Below are positions 9,185-18,475 of a stretch of 64,000 bases of DNA, piece after piece (the stretch's first letter is position 1; each line of letters begins with the position of its first letter). Position numbers and translations under genes: made by a program. Source of the DNA: Thermoanaerobaculia bacterium (GTDB taxonomy: Bacteria; Acidobacteriota; Thermoanaerobaculia; Multivoradales; Multivoraceae); contig OY762911.1 in assembly GCA_963666565.1 (NCBI GenBank), forward strand, positions 4,480,001 to 4,544,000, written 5' to 3'. A model generated the notes under the pieces. That model saw only the letters and a program-made list of their open reading frames with translations. It did not search any database and was not told where the DNA came from.

Positions 9185-11233
9185 ATGTCCGGCGAGGCTC
9201 AGCCGGCACCCGTGGCGGCGCTCCTTGGCGCCGCACTTCTGCTGCTGGGCGTCGCCCAGATTCGGGCACAGGACACGGACTGGCCGACGATCACCGGCGG
9301 CAACGATGCTCGCCGCTACGCCGCGCTCGACCGGATCGACGCCTCCAACTTCGCGCGCCTCGAACCGGCCTGGCGCTGGGAACTGCCCGACAACGACCTG
9401 ATGGCGAACGACCCGCGCTTCGAAGACGGGTCGATGAAGCAGCGCACCCACGTCACGACGCCGATCAAGGTCGGCGACCGGCTCTACGTCGTCACGGGCT
9501 ACGGCATCGCCGTCGCCGTCGATCCGGCAACCGGCGCCACGGTCTGGCAGCACGATCCGCAGAGCTACGGCCACGGCCGACCCACGAACCACGGCTTCAC
9601 CCACAAGGGTCCGAGCCTCTGGCGCGACCCGGAGCGTCCGGACGCGCCGGGCCGGCTCATCTACGCCAGCACGGACGCCATCCTGCGCGCCGTCTACGCC
9701 GACGAAGGCACGCCGGTGCGCTCCTTCGGCAACCACGGCGGCGTCGATCTCACCGAGGGGCTGCACCGGGCCGTGGAACGCCGCAAGTACACCGTCAGTT
9801 CCCCGACGACCATCTGCCGCAATGTCGCGATCGTCGGCTCGTCCATCTCGGACGGTCCGCTGGGACCCGACGACGGCCCGCCGGGCGACGTGCGCGGCTT
9901 CGACGTCCGCACCGGCCGGCAACTCTGGACGTTCCACACCGTGCCCCAGGAAGGCGAGCACGGCACGGACACCTGGGAGGACGAGTCCTGGCGCATCGCC
10001 GGCGGCGCGAACGTCTGGGGCCTGATGAGCGCCGACGAGGAACTCGGGCTCGCCTACCTGCCGACCAGCACGCCGACGAACGACTGGTACGGCGGCCATC
10101 GCCGCGGCGACAACCTGTACGCGGAGAGCCTGGTCGCCGTCGACTGCGAGACGGGCGAGCGCCGCTGGCACTTCCAGGCGATCCACCACGGCCTCTGGGA
10201 CTACGACTTCGCCGCGCCGGCGGTGCTGGGCGACCTCGTCGTCGACGGTCGCACCGTCAAGGCGGCCATGCTGCCCGGCAAGCAGGCGTTCCTCTACGTC
10301 TTCGACCGGGAGACCGGAGAGCCCGTGTGGCCGATCGAGGAGCGGCAGGTCCCGCAGACGGGCATCCCCGGCGAGCGGACCTCGCCCACCCAGCCCTTCC
10401 CCACCAGACCGCCGCCGTTCGACCGCCAGGGCATGCAGCTCGCCGACGTGATCGACTTCACGACCGAGATCCGCGCCGAGGCGGAGCGCATCCTGACTTC
10501 GCGCCAGTACGGGCCGATCTACACGCCGCCCAGCGAGCGCGGCACCGTCGCCATGCCCGGCTTCGAGGGCGGCGCGAGCTGGCCCGGCGGCGCCTTCGAC
10601 CCGAACACGGGCAAGCTCTACGTGCCTTCTTTCACGGCGCCGATCCTGATCACCCTCCGGCGGCCCGACCCGAACCGCTCCTCCTTCGACTTCGTGGCAA
10701 GGGTGTCAGGCTTCCACGGCCCCTTCGACCTGCCGATCTCAAAGCCGCCGTACTCGCGGGTGACCGCCTACGACATGAGCCGCGGCGACATCGCGTGGCA
10801 GGTCCCGCTCGGCGAAGGCCCGCGACGCCACCCGAAGCTCGCCGACCTGGGCCTCCCGCTGCTGGGCTCGGGCGTCCGCGGCCACGCGCTCGTGACGAAG
10901 ACGCTGCTCATCGTGAGCTCCGGCCACTCGCGGTCCTTCCGCGCCCAGGAGGCGAAGGCCGAGCGTGAGTGGAACGAGCAGCCCGAGGAAGTCACCGGCG
11001 GCCTCGCCTGGACCGACCCCCGGTCGGCGGCGCGGGACGACTGGCGCTACACCGTGCCGATGCTGCGCGCCTTCGACAAGGCGACCGGCGAGCTCGTGGC
11101 CGAAGTCGAACTGCCGGCGCACTCCGACGGCAGCCCGATCACGTACCTGCACGGCGGCGCCCAGTACCTCGTCGTCTCCATCGGCGGCCGCGGTGAACCG
11201 TTCGAGTTGATCGCCTACCGGCTGCCGGGGTAA
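9185..11233 (+). CDS. PQQ-dependent dehydrogenase (quinoprotein glucose dehydrogenase-like)
   Basis: Signal peptide; GDVRGFDVRTG..LWTFHT, GGANVWG, WHFQAIHHGLWDYD motifs. Confidence 0.88.
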   Translation: MSGEAQPAPVAALLGAALLLLGVAQIRAQDTDWPTITGGNDARRYAALDRIDASNFARLEPAWRWELPDNDLMANDPRFEDGSMKQRTHVTTPIKVGDRLYVVTGYGIAVAVDPATGATVWQHDPQSYGHGRPTNHGFTHKGPSLWRDPERPDAPGRLIYASTDAILRAVYADEGTPVRSFGNHGGVDLTEGLHRAVERRKYTVSSPTTICRNVAIVGSSISDGPLGPDDGPPGDVRGFDVRTGRQLWTFHTVPQEGEHGTDTWEDESWRIAGGANVWGLMSADEELGLAYLPTSTPTNDWYGGHRRGDNLYAESLVAVDCETGERRWHFQAIHHGLWDYDFAAPAVLGDLVVDGRTVKAAMLPGKQAFLYVFDRETGEPVWPIEERQVPQTGIPGERTSPTQPFPTRPPPFDRQGMQLADVIDFTTEIRAEAERILTSRQYGPIYTPPSERGTVAMPGFEGGASWPGGAFDPNTGKLYVPSFTAPILITLRRPDPNRSSFDFVARVSGFHGPFDLPISKPPYSRVTAYDMSRGDIAWQVPLGEGPRRHPKLADLGLPLLGSGVRGHALVTKTLLIVSSGHSRSFRAQEAKAEREWNEQPEEVTGGLAWTDPRSAARDDWRYTVPMLRAFDKATGELVAEVELPAHSDGSPITYLHGGAQYLVVSIGGRGEPFELIAYRLPG

Positions 11234-11448
11234 CCCGACTGCCGACCAGCTCCTCATCCGCGCCCGATGACGGGCGCGGGACCGTCCACGACGGCTGCGG
11301 ACCGCACCACGGGCTCTCGCCGGTTGCCACCCGGGAAGACTGCCTCTCGGTGGTAGCCTGCGCTTCAACGAGGCCGGCGCCCGCAGCTTCCTCCCCGAGC
11401 CTTAGGCGGACCGTCGGGCAACGGCCAGCACGGAGCGTAGCCAGCCTC

Positions 11449-12789
11449 ATGAGAGCCGCCCAAAGACCGCTCGCCAAAACGCAGCGAAGCCTCTTCCCGT
11501 CGCCCGATCCCGTTCCCGCCAACCGGCAACGCGGCCGAACGGCCAAACGCGAGGACAGCACGTCGGGCAGCTTCGTCGGCAACATGAGCCTCCCGGTCCA
11601 TCGGTGGTTCCGCTACAGCGCCGGCTTCAGCGGGGCCTGGGTTGGCGATTTGATCTCCCGGGAGGCAAGGGGAAAGAACCTGCGAGTCTTCGACCCCTTC
11701 GCGGGAAGCGGTACGACACTCGTCGCGGCCGAACACTGCGGCGTCGAGTCCATGGGAATCGACTCACATCCTTTCGTCGCGCGGGTCGCCCAGGCGAAAC
11801 TCGCATACAGATCGTCTCCCACGGCCTACGCTCGGCAAGCAGCGCGCGTGTTCGACGGCGCACTCGCGGACCGCGGCTCATTGGAGCCGTACTCGCCGCT
11901 GATTCGCAAGTGTTACTCCGACACCGCGCTCGACCAACTCGATCGTCTTCGGCGCTCGGTCGAGAGCCAGTGCGGCGATTCAGAAACGGACAGACTGGTC
12001 TGGCTCACCCTGATTTCCATCCTGCGATCGACCTCGCAGGTCGGTACCGCAAACTGGCAGTACCTGCTGCCGAACCGCCGGAAAGCTCGCGTGCTCGAGC
12101 CGTTCGCGGCCTTCAGGCAAATGAGCCGCGTCATCCATGACGATATGCGGCTGTACGAACACCTCTCGGCACCGCGCGCCAAGTTCCACCTCGACGACGC
12201 CCGGACTTGTGCCGAGGCGCCCAGAGACTGTTTCAACCTGGTCGTGACGTCGCCTCCCTACCCAAACAACTACGACTACGCCGACGCAACGCGTCTCGAA
12301 CTCGCCTTCCTCGGCGAGGTCCGTAGCTGGGGCGACCTGCAGGGAGCGATCCGGCGCCACCTCCTCCGGTCCTGCACGCAGCACGTTCCTAACAAGGCCG
12401 TCGATCTGCCCCGCGTCCTGGGTCATCCGAAACTCGCGCCAATCGGGGACGAACTCCGCGCGGTGTGCGACGAGCTCGGCGAGATCCGCCTCACACGCGG
12501 CGGCAAGAAGACCTACCACAACATGATCGCGTGCTACTTCCTGGATCTGGCTCGCGTCTGGATCGCTCTCCGGCGTGTGTGCAGATCACCGTCCAAGGTC
12601 TGCTTCGTGATCGGCGATTCCGCGCCATACGGCGTGTACGTTCCCGTCGTCGACTGGTTCACCAGATTGGCCGGTGCCGCCGGCTTCGAAGCCGCCACGT
12701 TCGAGAAGACCCGGGATCGCAACACGAAGTGGAAGAACCGCAAGCACCGGGTCCCTCTATGTGAAGGGCGTCTATGGGTGGAAGGCTAG
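11449..12789 (+). CDS. DNA methyltransferase (probably N4-cytosine)
   Basis: VHRWFRYSAGFS; motif I DPFAGSGTT precedes motif IV TSPPY; start codon uncertain. Confidence 0.85.
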   Translation: MRAAQRPLAKTQRSLFPSPDPVPANRQRGRTAKREDSTSGSFVGNMSLPVHRWFRYSAGFSGAWVGDLISREARGKNLRVFDPFAGSGTTLVAAEHCGVESMGIDSHPFVARVAQAKLAYRSSPTAYARQAARVFDGALADRGSLEPYSPLIRKCYSDTALDQLDRLRRSVESQCGDSETDRLVWLTLISILRSTSQVGTANWQYLLPNRRKARVLEPFAAFRQMSRVIHDDMRLYEHLSAPRAKFHLDDARTCAEAPRDCFNLVVTSPPYPNNYDYADATRLELAFLGEVRSWGDLQGAIRRHLLRSCTQHVPNKAVDLPRVLGHPKLAPIGDELRAVCDELGEIRLTRGGKKTYHNMIACYFLDLARVWIALRRVCRSPSKVCFVIGDSAPYGVYVPVVDWFTRLAGAAGFEAATFEKTRDRNTKWKNRKHRVPLCEGRLWVEG

Positions 12790-12795
12790 AGGCTG

Positions 12796-13668
12796 GTGGC
12801 GCAGTCCCCCGCTCACCGGCTCGGCCAGATCGTCGGCGACCAACTCGAACTGGCACTTCGTAAGCCGCTCCAGGCGATGGCCGACGAGTTCGGCCTGTAC
12901 CTGGACTACAAGCACCCGCGACCCGCTCGGCGTGGAAGAAGGAAGGTCGCTTGGAGGGATTTGCACGGCAACGTTCACGATCTCGACTACGTGCTGGAGG
13001 AGGGTGGTTCCGAGGAGAAGATGGGCGAACCCGTCGCGTTCATCGAAACCGCATGGCGCAGGTACACCAAACACTCCCGAAACAAGGTGCAGGAGATTCA
13101 AGGCGCCATCATGCCCCTCGCAGAGACCTACGCGCGTCGGCAGCCGTTCTTGGGCGCCGTGCTCGCAGGCGACTTCACCGAAGGTTCCTTGACGCAACTT
13201 CAATCTCATCGCTTTCAACTGGCGCATTGCCCGTACGACACGATCGTGCAGGCCTTTGCCACGGAAGGCGCCGACATCTTGTCGGAGGAGAGCACCTCGG
13301 AGGAGGAACTCCAAGCCAAGGTCGAGGCGTTCAACCGGCTGACCCTGTCACAACGGGACAGAGTCGCGAGAGCGATTCGGAGGTTCCACGACGCGCAGTT
13401 CGGTGGCTTCCTTGGCGCGCTTCGCCGCAGTCTCGAACGGAGGGTGTCGGAGATCTTCGTGCGGACGCTCAGCGGTGCCTCGCGGAGCTTCCCGACGGTC
13501 CGCGACGCGATGCTCTTCGTCTCCGGGTACGACGAGAGCACACCCCAAACCGACTTCGTGCGCTACGAACTCAACGTTCGGCATACGAACGGCGACGAGG
13601 TGCGGGCAACCTTCCGCGACCGGGACCGCGTGATCGAGTTTCTCGAGTCCTTCGATCCGCGAACGTGA
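12796..13668 (+). CDS. Probable cognate restriction endonuclease (PD-(D/E)XK-like)
   Basis: Starts 6 bp after the MTase; HDLDYVLE...AFIETAWRRYTKHSRNKVQE resembles a D...E-x-x nuclease centre. Confidence 0.55.
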   Translation: MAQSPAHRLGQIVGDQLELALRKPLQAMADEFGLYLDYKHPRPARRGRRKVAWRDLHGNVHDLDYVLEEGGSEEKMGEPVAFIETAWRRYTKHSRNKVQEIQGAIMPLAETYARRQPFLGAVLAGDFTEGSLTQLQSHRFQLAHCPYDTIVQAFATEGADILSEESTSEEELQAKVEAFNRLTLSQRDRVARAIRRFHDAQFGGFLGALRRSLERRVSEIFVRTLSGASRSFPTVRDAMLFVSGYDESTPQTDFVRYELNVRHTNGDEVRATFRDRDRVIEFLESFDPRT

Positions 13669-13675
13669 AGGTCGC

Positions 13676-14917
13676 CTACTCAGCCGGCCAGGGCGTGCCC
13701 AAGTCCTCGTGCGGCACCGGCCGCATTCCGAGGTTCACGAACTTCTGGAGCCGCTTCCCCTCGTAGGTCTCGGTCGTGTAGATGTTGCCCCTGGAGTCGG
13801 TGGCGATGCTGTGGACGGCGAAGAACTGGCCGGGCTGGCGGCCGCCGTCGCCGAAGGCGTAGAGGACCTCCATGCTCTCGCGGTCGATCACGTGGACCTT
13901 CATGTTCTGGCCGTCGGCGAGGTAGAGGAACTTCTGGTCCTCGTCGGGCGAGAACGCCACGTCCCAGGTCGAGCCCTGGGCCAGGGTCTCGGGAGCGATG
14001 AACGTCTCGCCCACGAAGGTGCCGTCGCGCTGGAAGACCTGGAGGCGGTCGGCGGCGCGGTCGCAGACGTAGAGCAGGCCGTCGGCCGAGATGTCGGCGC
14101 AGTGGACCGGGCCGCGGAACTGGGTCGCCGGGGGATCGCCGGGAACGTAGGGGCCGAGGTCCAGTTCGTCGTCCGGGGCTTCGCCGTATGCGCCCCAGTA
14201 GCGCTTGAACTCGCCGGTGTCGGCGTCGATCACGACCACCCGGCGGTTGAAGTAGCCGTCGGCGACGTAGATCTCGTTCGCCTCCGGGTCGACCGACAGC
14301 TTCGCCACGCTGCCGAAGTTTTCCATGTCGTGGCTGTTGCGCACCCGCCGCGGTTCGTCCTCGCCGGCATCTTCGTTGATGCGGGCGTTCGCCTTCCCCA
14401 CCTGCATCAGGAACTGGCCGTCCCGGGTGAACTTGACCACGTGGGAATCGCCGCCGCCGTTGCCACCGATCCACACGTTGTCCATGTGATCGACGAGGAT
14501 CCCGTGGTTCGATGCCGGCCACTCGAACTCGCCGTTCTCGCTGGGACCTCCCCAGTGTCCGACCAGGTTGCCGTCGGGATCGAATTCCAGCACCGGCGGG
14601 GCCGGGACGCAGCACTCGGAGAGCGGCGGATCCTGCGCAGCGCCGATCTCGTTGAAGGCGCCGAAGGCGTCCGGCGTGTTCCGGTGGACGATCCAGACGT
14701 GGTCGCGCGAGTCGACCGCGACGCCGATGGCCGGTCCGAGGATCCAGTGGTTCGGCAACGGCCTGGGCCAGAACGGATCGACCTCGAAGCGCGGCGCCAT
14801 CGGACCGTCGCCGGAGGCGTCGGCGGCATCGGAACCGCCGTCGCCGCCGCAGGCGCCGAGAAGCAGAACGATGGCTGCGGCGCAGCCGAGAGCACAGTGG
14901 AGACGGTTCAACTTCAT
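13676..14917 (-). CDS. NHL-repeat beta-propeller lipoprotein (PAL/peptidyl-glycine lyase-like)
   Basis: Lipobox LLGAC; FEVDPFWPRPLPNHW, YVADGYFNRRV, PVHC, HSIATDSRGNIY. Confidence 0.8.
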   Translation of the reverse strand: MKLNRLHCALGCAAAIVLLLGACGGDGGSDAADASGDGPMAPRFEVDPFWPRPLPNHWILGPAIGVAVDSRDHVWIVHRNTPDAFGAFNEIGAAQDPPLSECCVPAPPVLEFDPDGNLVGHWGGPSENGEFEWPASNHGILVDHMDNVWIGGNGGGDSHVVKFTRDGQFLMQVGKANARINEDAGEDEPRRVRNSHDMENFGSVAKLSVDPEANEIYVADGYFNRRVVVIDADTGEFKRYWGAYGEAPDDELDLGPYVPGDPPATQFRGPVHCADISADGLLYVCDRAADRLQVFQRDGTFVGETFIAPETLAQGSTWDVAFSPDEDQKFLYLADGQNMKVHVIDRESMEVLYAFGDGGRQPGQFFAVHSIATDSRGNIYTTETYEGKRLQKFVNLGMRPVPHEDLGTPWPAE

Positions 14918-15041
14918 CGTCTGCCTTCCCCCGTTTCGGAGTAGGTCGTTCGGCGCGGCCGTGCCGTGGAATCTGGCGCTGACAAGGCGTCCAGGCAGTG
15001 TACAACGGCGGCATCGAGGTCCGGCGGATGCGCCGTCCGCC

Positions 15042-15175
15042 GGGTACGCGGGTCTTCCGACCCGCATGCCGCCGCAGGCGGCGGAAACCGTCACCGGCCT
15101 TTGGCCGTCCGCTGTCCTCCTCGGCTGACGCCGCTTCGCGCCGTCGCCCGGAGCGGGTCAGAAGACCCGCGCAAC
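15042..15175. repeat. REP-like hairpin doublet
   Basis: Inverted units at 15042-15064 and 15153-15175. Confidence 0.75.
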
Positions 15176-15203
15176 CAGTCCGGCGGCGGCTAGCATCTGT
15201 CCC

Positions 15204-16775
15204 CTGAACCGACTCCGTTCCAGCAGACGCCTTCGACTCGCCGGCGCCGGCGCGCGCTTCGCCGTCCTGCCGCTGCTCCTCGCCGCGGCGCCGTCGGCGG
15301 CTCACGAGGTGCCCGGCAGCGTCACGGTCCAGGTGCTGGTGAGGCAGCACGACGACCGCCTCCAGATCCTCGTGCGGACGCCTTTGGAGGCGATGCAGGA
15401 GATGCAGTTCCCGGTCGACGTGCGGGGCATTCTCGACCTGGAAGAGCTCCGATCGAGCGGCGCCCTGCTCGCGGCGGCGAATCGCTGGATCGTGCCCAAT
15501 CTCGACCTCTACGCCGGCCGCGACAGGCTGCCGGCCACGACCGTCCAGGCAGCCCGGCTGTCCATCCCGTCCGACCGCTCGTTCACGGACTTCGACCGCG
15601 GTCTGGCGCACGTCCGCGGACCGCCGCTGCCGCCGACGACGCAGCTCGTCTGGCGGCAGGCCCTCCTGGACGTGCTGCTGGAGACGCCGCTCGACGCCCC
15701 GCGAGCAGCCGAGGGTCGGCGCACCGGCACACCGGACCACGACGCCACTGGGGCAGCCGAAGGTCGGCGCACCGGCACACCGAACCGCGACGCCCCTGGG
15801 GCGGCCGAGGGTCAGCGCACCGGCGAACCGGACCGCGACGCCCCCGGGGCGGCCGAGGCGCGCCGCGTCGGCGACCGGGCCGGCCTCGACGCCGAGCCGG
15901 CGACCGAACGGCAGCGGCTCTCCATCGACCCCCGCTTCGGCCGGCTCGGCCTGCGCGTCCTGACCGTGATCCGCCACGAGTCGCCCGACGGCGACGCGCG
16001 CGTCCTCCGGCTCGCCGCCGAGCCCGGCCGGGTCCGGCTCGACCCGAACTGGGCGCAGGCTTCGATCCACTTCGTCGCGATAGGCTTCGAACACATCCTG
16101 AGCGGCCTCGACCACCTGCTCTTCCTGGTCTGCCTGGTGGCGCCGCTCCGGCGCCTGCGTCAACTCGTGCTCGTCGTCACGTCGTTCACGGTCGCCCACT
16201 CGATCACCCTGATCGCCTCGGCGGCCGGCCTGGCGCCGCGAGCGCTCTGGTTTCCCACCCTGGTCGAGGTGCTGATCGCGCTCTCCATCGTCTACATGGC
16301 GTTCGAGAACATCCTCGGAGTCGGCCAGGACCGCCGCTGGACCGCCGCCTTCGGCTTCGGCCTCGTCCACGGCTTCGGCTTCTCCTTCGCACTCAGCGAG
16401 TCGCTCCAGTTCGCGGGCGCTCACCTCGTCACGTCGCTGCTCGCTTTCAACGTCGGCGTCGAACTCGGCCAACTCCTCGTCCTGCTGCTGCTGATTCCCC
16501 TGCTGGACTTCGTCTTCCGCCGCCTCCCCAACGAGCGGCTGGGGACCATCTTCATCTCCGCCCTGATCGTCCATACCGCCTGGCACTGGACCGGCGACCG
16601 GGGCGCCGACCTGCTCCAGTACCGCCCACTGGCGCCGCTGCTGGACCCGATCCCCGACGGTGTCCTGCCATGGATTCTGGCGATCGCGGCGGCCGCGGTT
16701 CCCACCGGCCAGTGGTTGCGCCGACGACGATCTCAACCCAAGAGGAAGCCGGCCGATGGCCGGCTCGTTCCCTAG
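15204..16775 (+). CDS. HupE/UreJ family membrane protein with N-terminal domain
   Basis: GFEHILSGLDHLLFL, TSFTVAHSITL, FGLVHGFGF, LAFNVGVELGQ. Frame extends upstream of GTG 15309 through a signal-like FAVLPLLLAAAPSAAHEVP; start codon uncertain (CTG 15204?). Confidence 0.82.
   Translation: MNRLRSSRRLRLAGAGARFAVLPLLLAAAPSAAHEVPGSVTVQVLVRQHDDRLQILVRTPLEAMQEMQFPVDVRGILDLEELRSSGALLAAANRWIVPNLDLYAGRDRLPATTVQAARLSIPSDRSFTDFDRGLAHVRGPPLPPTTQLVWRQALLDVLLETPLDAPRAAEGRRTGTPDHDATGAAEGRRTGTPNRDAPGAAEGQRTGEPDRDAPGAAEARRVGDRAGLDAEPATERQRLSIDPRFGRLGLRVLTVIRHESPDGDARVLRLAAEPGRVRLDPNWAQASIHFVAIGFEHILSGLDHLLFLVCLVAPLRRLRQLVLVVTSFTVAHSITLIASAAGLAPRALWFPTLVEVLIALSIVYMAFENILGVGQDRRWTAAFGFGLVHGFGFSFALSESLQFAGAHLVTSLLAFNVGVELGQLLVLLLLIPLLDFVFRRLPNERLGTIFISALIVHTAWHWTGDRGADLLQYRPLAPLLDPIPDGVLPWILAIAAAAVPTGQWLRRRRSQPKRKPADGRLVP
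15693..15884 (+). repeat. 48-bp in-frame tandem repeat (3 full + 1 degenerate unit)
   Basis: Units start at 15693, 15741, 15789, 15837; encode DA(P/T)xAAEGxRTGxPxx. Confidence 0.85.
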
Positions 16776-16937
16776 GCCGCCTCCGGCGGGAGCGGGTCAG
16801 AAGACCCGCGCACCCAGAGACACCTCGTCTCCCTCCCCCCACTCTTTACTGGAACTGCGTCAATCTCGCTCTGAGCAGATGCCGGCCAGAAGGCCGGCGC
16901 ACCAACACACCGCACCGCGAATCGACGGTCCGTCCAG

Positions 16938-17133
16938 CCGACGAACGTCAAGCCCGTGGAGTGGCCGGGGGAGGGGTCACGGCGGGCTCTGAACGAGCGA
17001 CGCACGACGCCATGAACGGGAACCGACGCCGATCCGGAGCGAGTGAAGCGAAGCGAGCGCCAGCTTCTCATCTTCCGAGAGAGCGCGAGCGGCCGTCCGT
17101 GACCCGTCCGCCGGCCACTCCGCGGGCGGCTGC
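16938..17133. repeat. ~196-bp long-stem element, copy A
   Basis: Arms 16952-16985 and 17093-17127 are complementary; 107-nt loop shares blocks with copies B and C. Confidence 0.8.
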
Positions 17134-17153
17134 GCGCCGCCGACGCTGCGCCG

Positions 17154-18389
17154 CTACCGCACCGCTTCGGCGAGCGCCTCGACCAGCGCCGCGCGGTGGC
17201 GGCTGTACTCGGGATTGGTCGCGTGCGGCCAGGCGCTGTGGGTGACGATCACGACGTTGGACGACGGGTCCATCCACAGGAGCTGACCGAAAATGCCCCT
17301 GCCCGAGAACGGGCCGTCACCCGATAGCCACCACAGGTAGCCGTAGCCGTCGTATCCCTCGCTGGCGGTCGTCGACTCCTCCATCCAGCCCTCGGGCAGC
17401 ACCCGCGTACCGTCCCGCAACACGCCGCCGTTCATCGCGAAGATGCCAATCCGGGCGTAGTCCCGGAGCGTCGCGTTGATGCAGCAGCCGCCCAGTTCGC
17501 CGCCTCCGGGCTCGTGAAGCAGCCAGTTGGCGTCCGCCTCCATGCCGAACGGGCCCCAGATCTTGTGCTCCAGGTAGGTCGAGAGGTTGTTGCCGATCGC
17601 CGCCCGCAGCACGGCGCCGGCCATGTTCGTCTCGCCGGTGTTGTAGTTGAAGACCTCGCCCGGAGGATGGAGCTCCTCAAGCCCCGCCATGTACCGCGTC
17701 TGGTCGACGATCGGCCCCGGCAAGGTCGCCACGTCCGACTCGGGGTCCGCGTAGTCCTCGTTCCAGTCGACGCCCGATGCCATCTGCAGCACGTCCTCGA
17801 TCAACACCTCGTCGTAGCCGCCGCCAGCCAGCAGCGGCAGGTACTTCGTGACCGGATCGTCGACGCTGCCGATGTAGCCGTCGGCGATCGCGGCGCCGTA
17901 GAGCATCGAGACGACGGATTTGGCGATCGAGAACGAGATCCAGCGCGAGTTCTCGTCGTTGCCGAGGCCGTAGCGCTCGAAGACCACCGCGTCGTCCTTG
18001 ACCACCAGCAGACCCGCGATGCGCCGGTCGCGGATGTAGGCGTCGGCGGTGAAGGTCTCGCCCTCGACCTCGTAGGTCACCGCCGAGAGGTCCCGTGGCG
18101 CCGACGCCAGCGGGTACGGATCGTCGGAAGCCTCGAACCAGCGGGCGGCGCCGACGAGGTCCGCGTTCCGGTAGCCCGCGACCTGCTGCTCCGGCGTCCA
18201 GAACAGGACCTGGTCGCGCGGACCCAGGTTCTCCAGATCGGAACTCGCAGGCTCGGCCGGGGCGGTCTCCGCATCCGGCGCCGGTCCGGCGCAGGCGGCG
18301 AGCACCAGCAGGAGCGCCGCCGCCGCGACCGCCCGTCCACCAGCTGGCCGCCGCACCTTCAGGTTCCAGGTCGCTACATCTTGCGCCAT
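17154..18389 (-). CDS. Serine hydrolase, beta-lactamase / 6-aminohexanoate-dimer hydrolase family (lipoprotein)
   Basis: SFSIAKS (SxxK), FNYNT, YGYLWW, GIFGQ; lipobox LAAC. Confidence 0.88.
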   Translation of the reverse strand: MAQDVATWNLKVRRPAGGRAVAAAALLLVLAACAGPAPDAETAPAEPASSDLENLGPRDQVLFWTPEQQVAGYRNADLVGAARWFEASDDPYPLASAPRDLSAVTYEVEGETFTADAYIRDRRIAGLLVVKDDAVVFERYGLGNDENSRWISFSIAKSVVSMLYGAAIADGYIGSVDDPVTKYLPLLAGGGYDEVLIEDVLQMASGVDWNEDYADPESDVATLPGPIVDQTRYMAGLEELHPPGEVFNYNTGETNMAGAVLRAAIGNNLSTYLEHKIWGPFGMEADANWLLHEPGGGELGGCCINATLRDYARIGIFAMNGGVLRDGTRVLPEGWMEESTTASEGYDGYGYLWWLSGDGPFSGRGIFGQLLWMDPSSNVVIVTHSAWPHATNPEYSRHRAALVEALAEAVR

Positions 18390-18475
18390 CTCGTCCTCCC
18401 TTGATCGGAAGACCCGATCCTAGCGCCGACTGGCCCTCGCCCGGCGCGCCCCGGTAGGCTGACTCCTGGGCCGCC

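Noticed and set aside
15693-15884. Mini CRISPR-like array
   Set aside because: Contiguous in-frame units without unique spacers.
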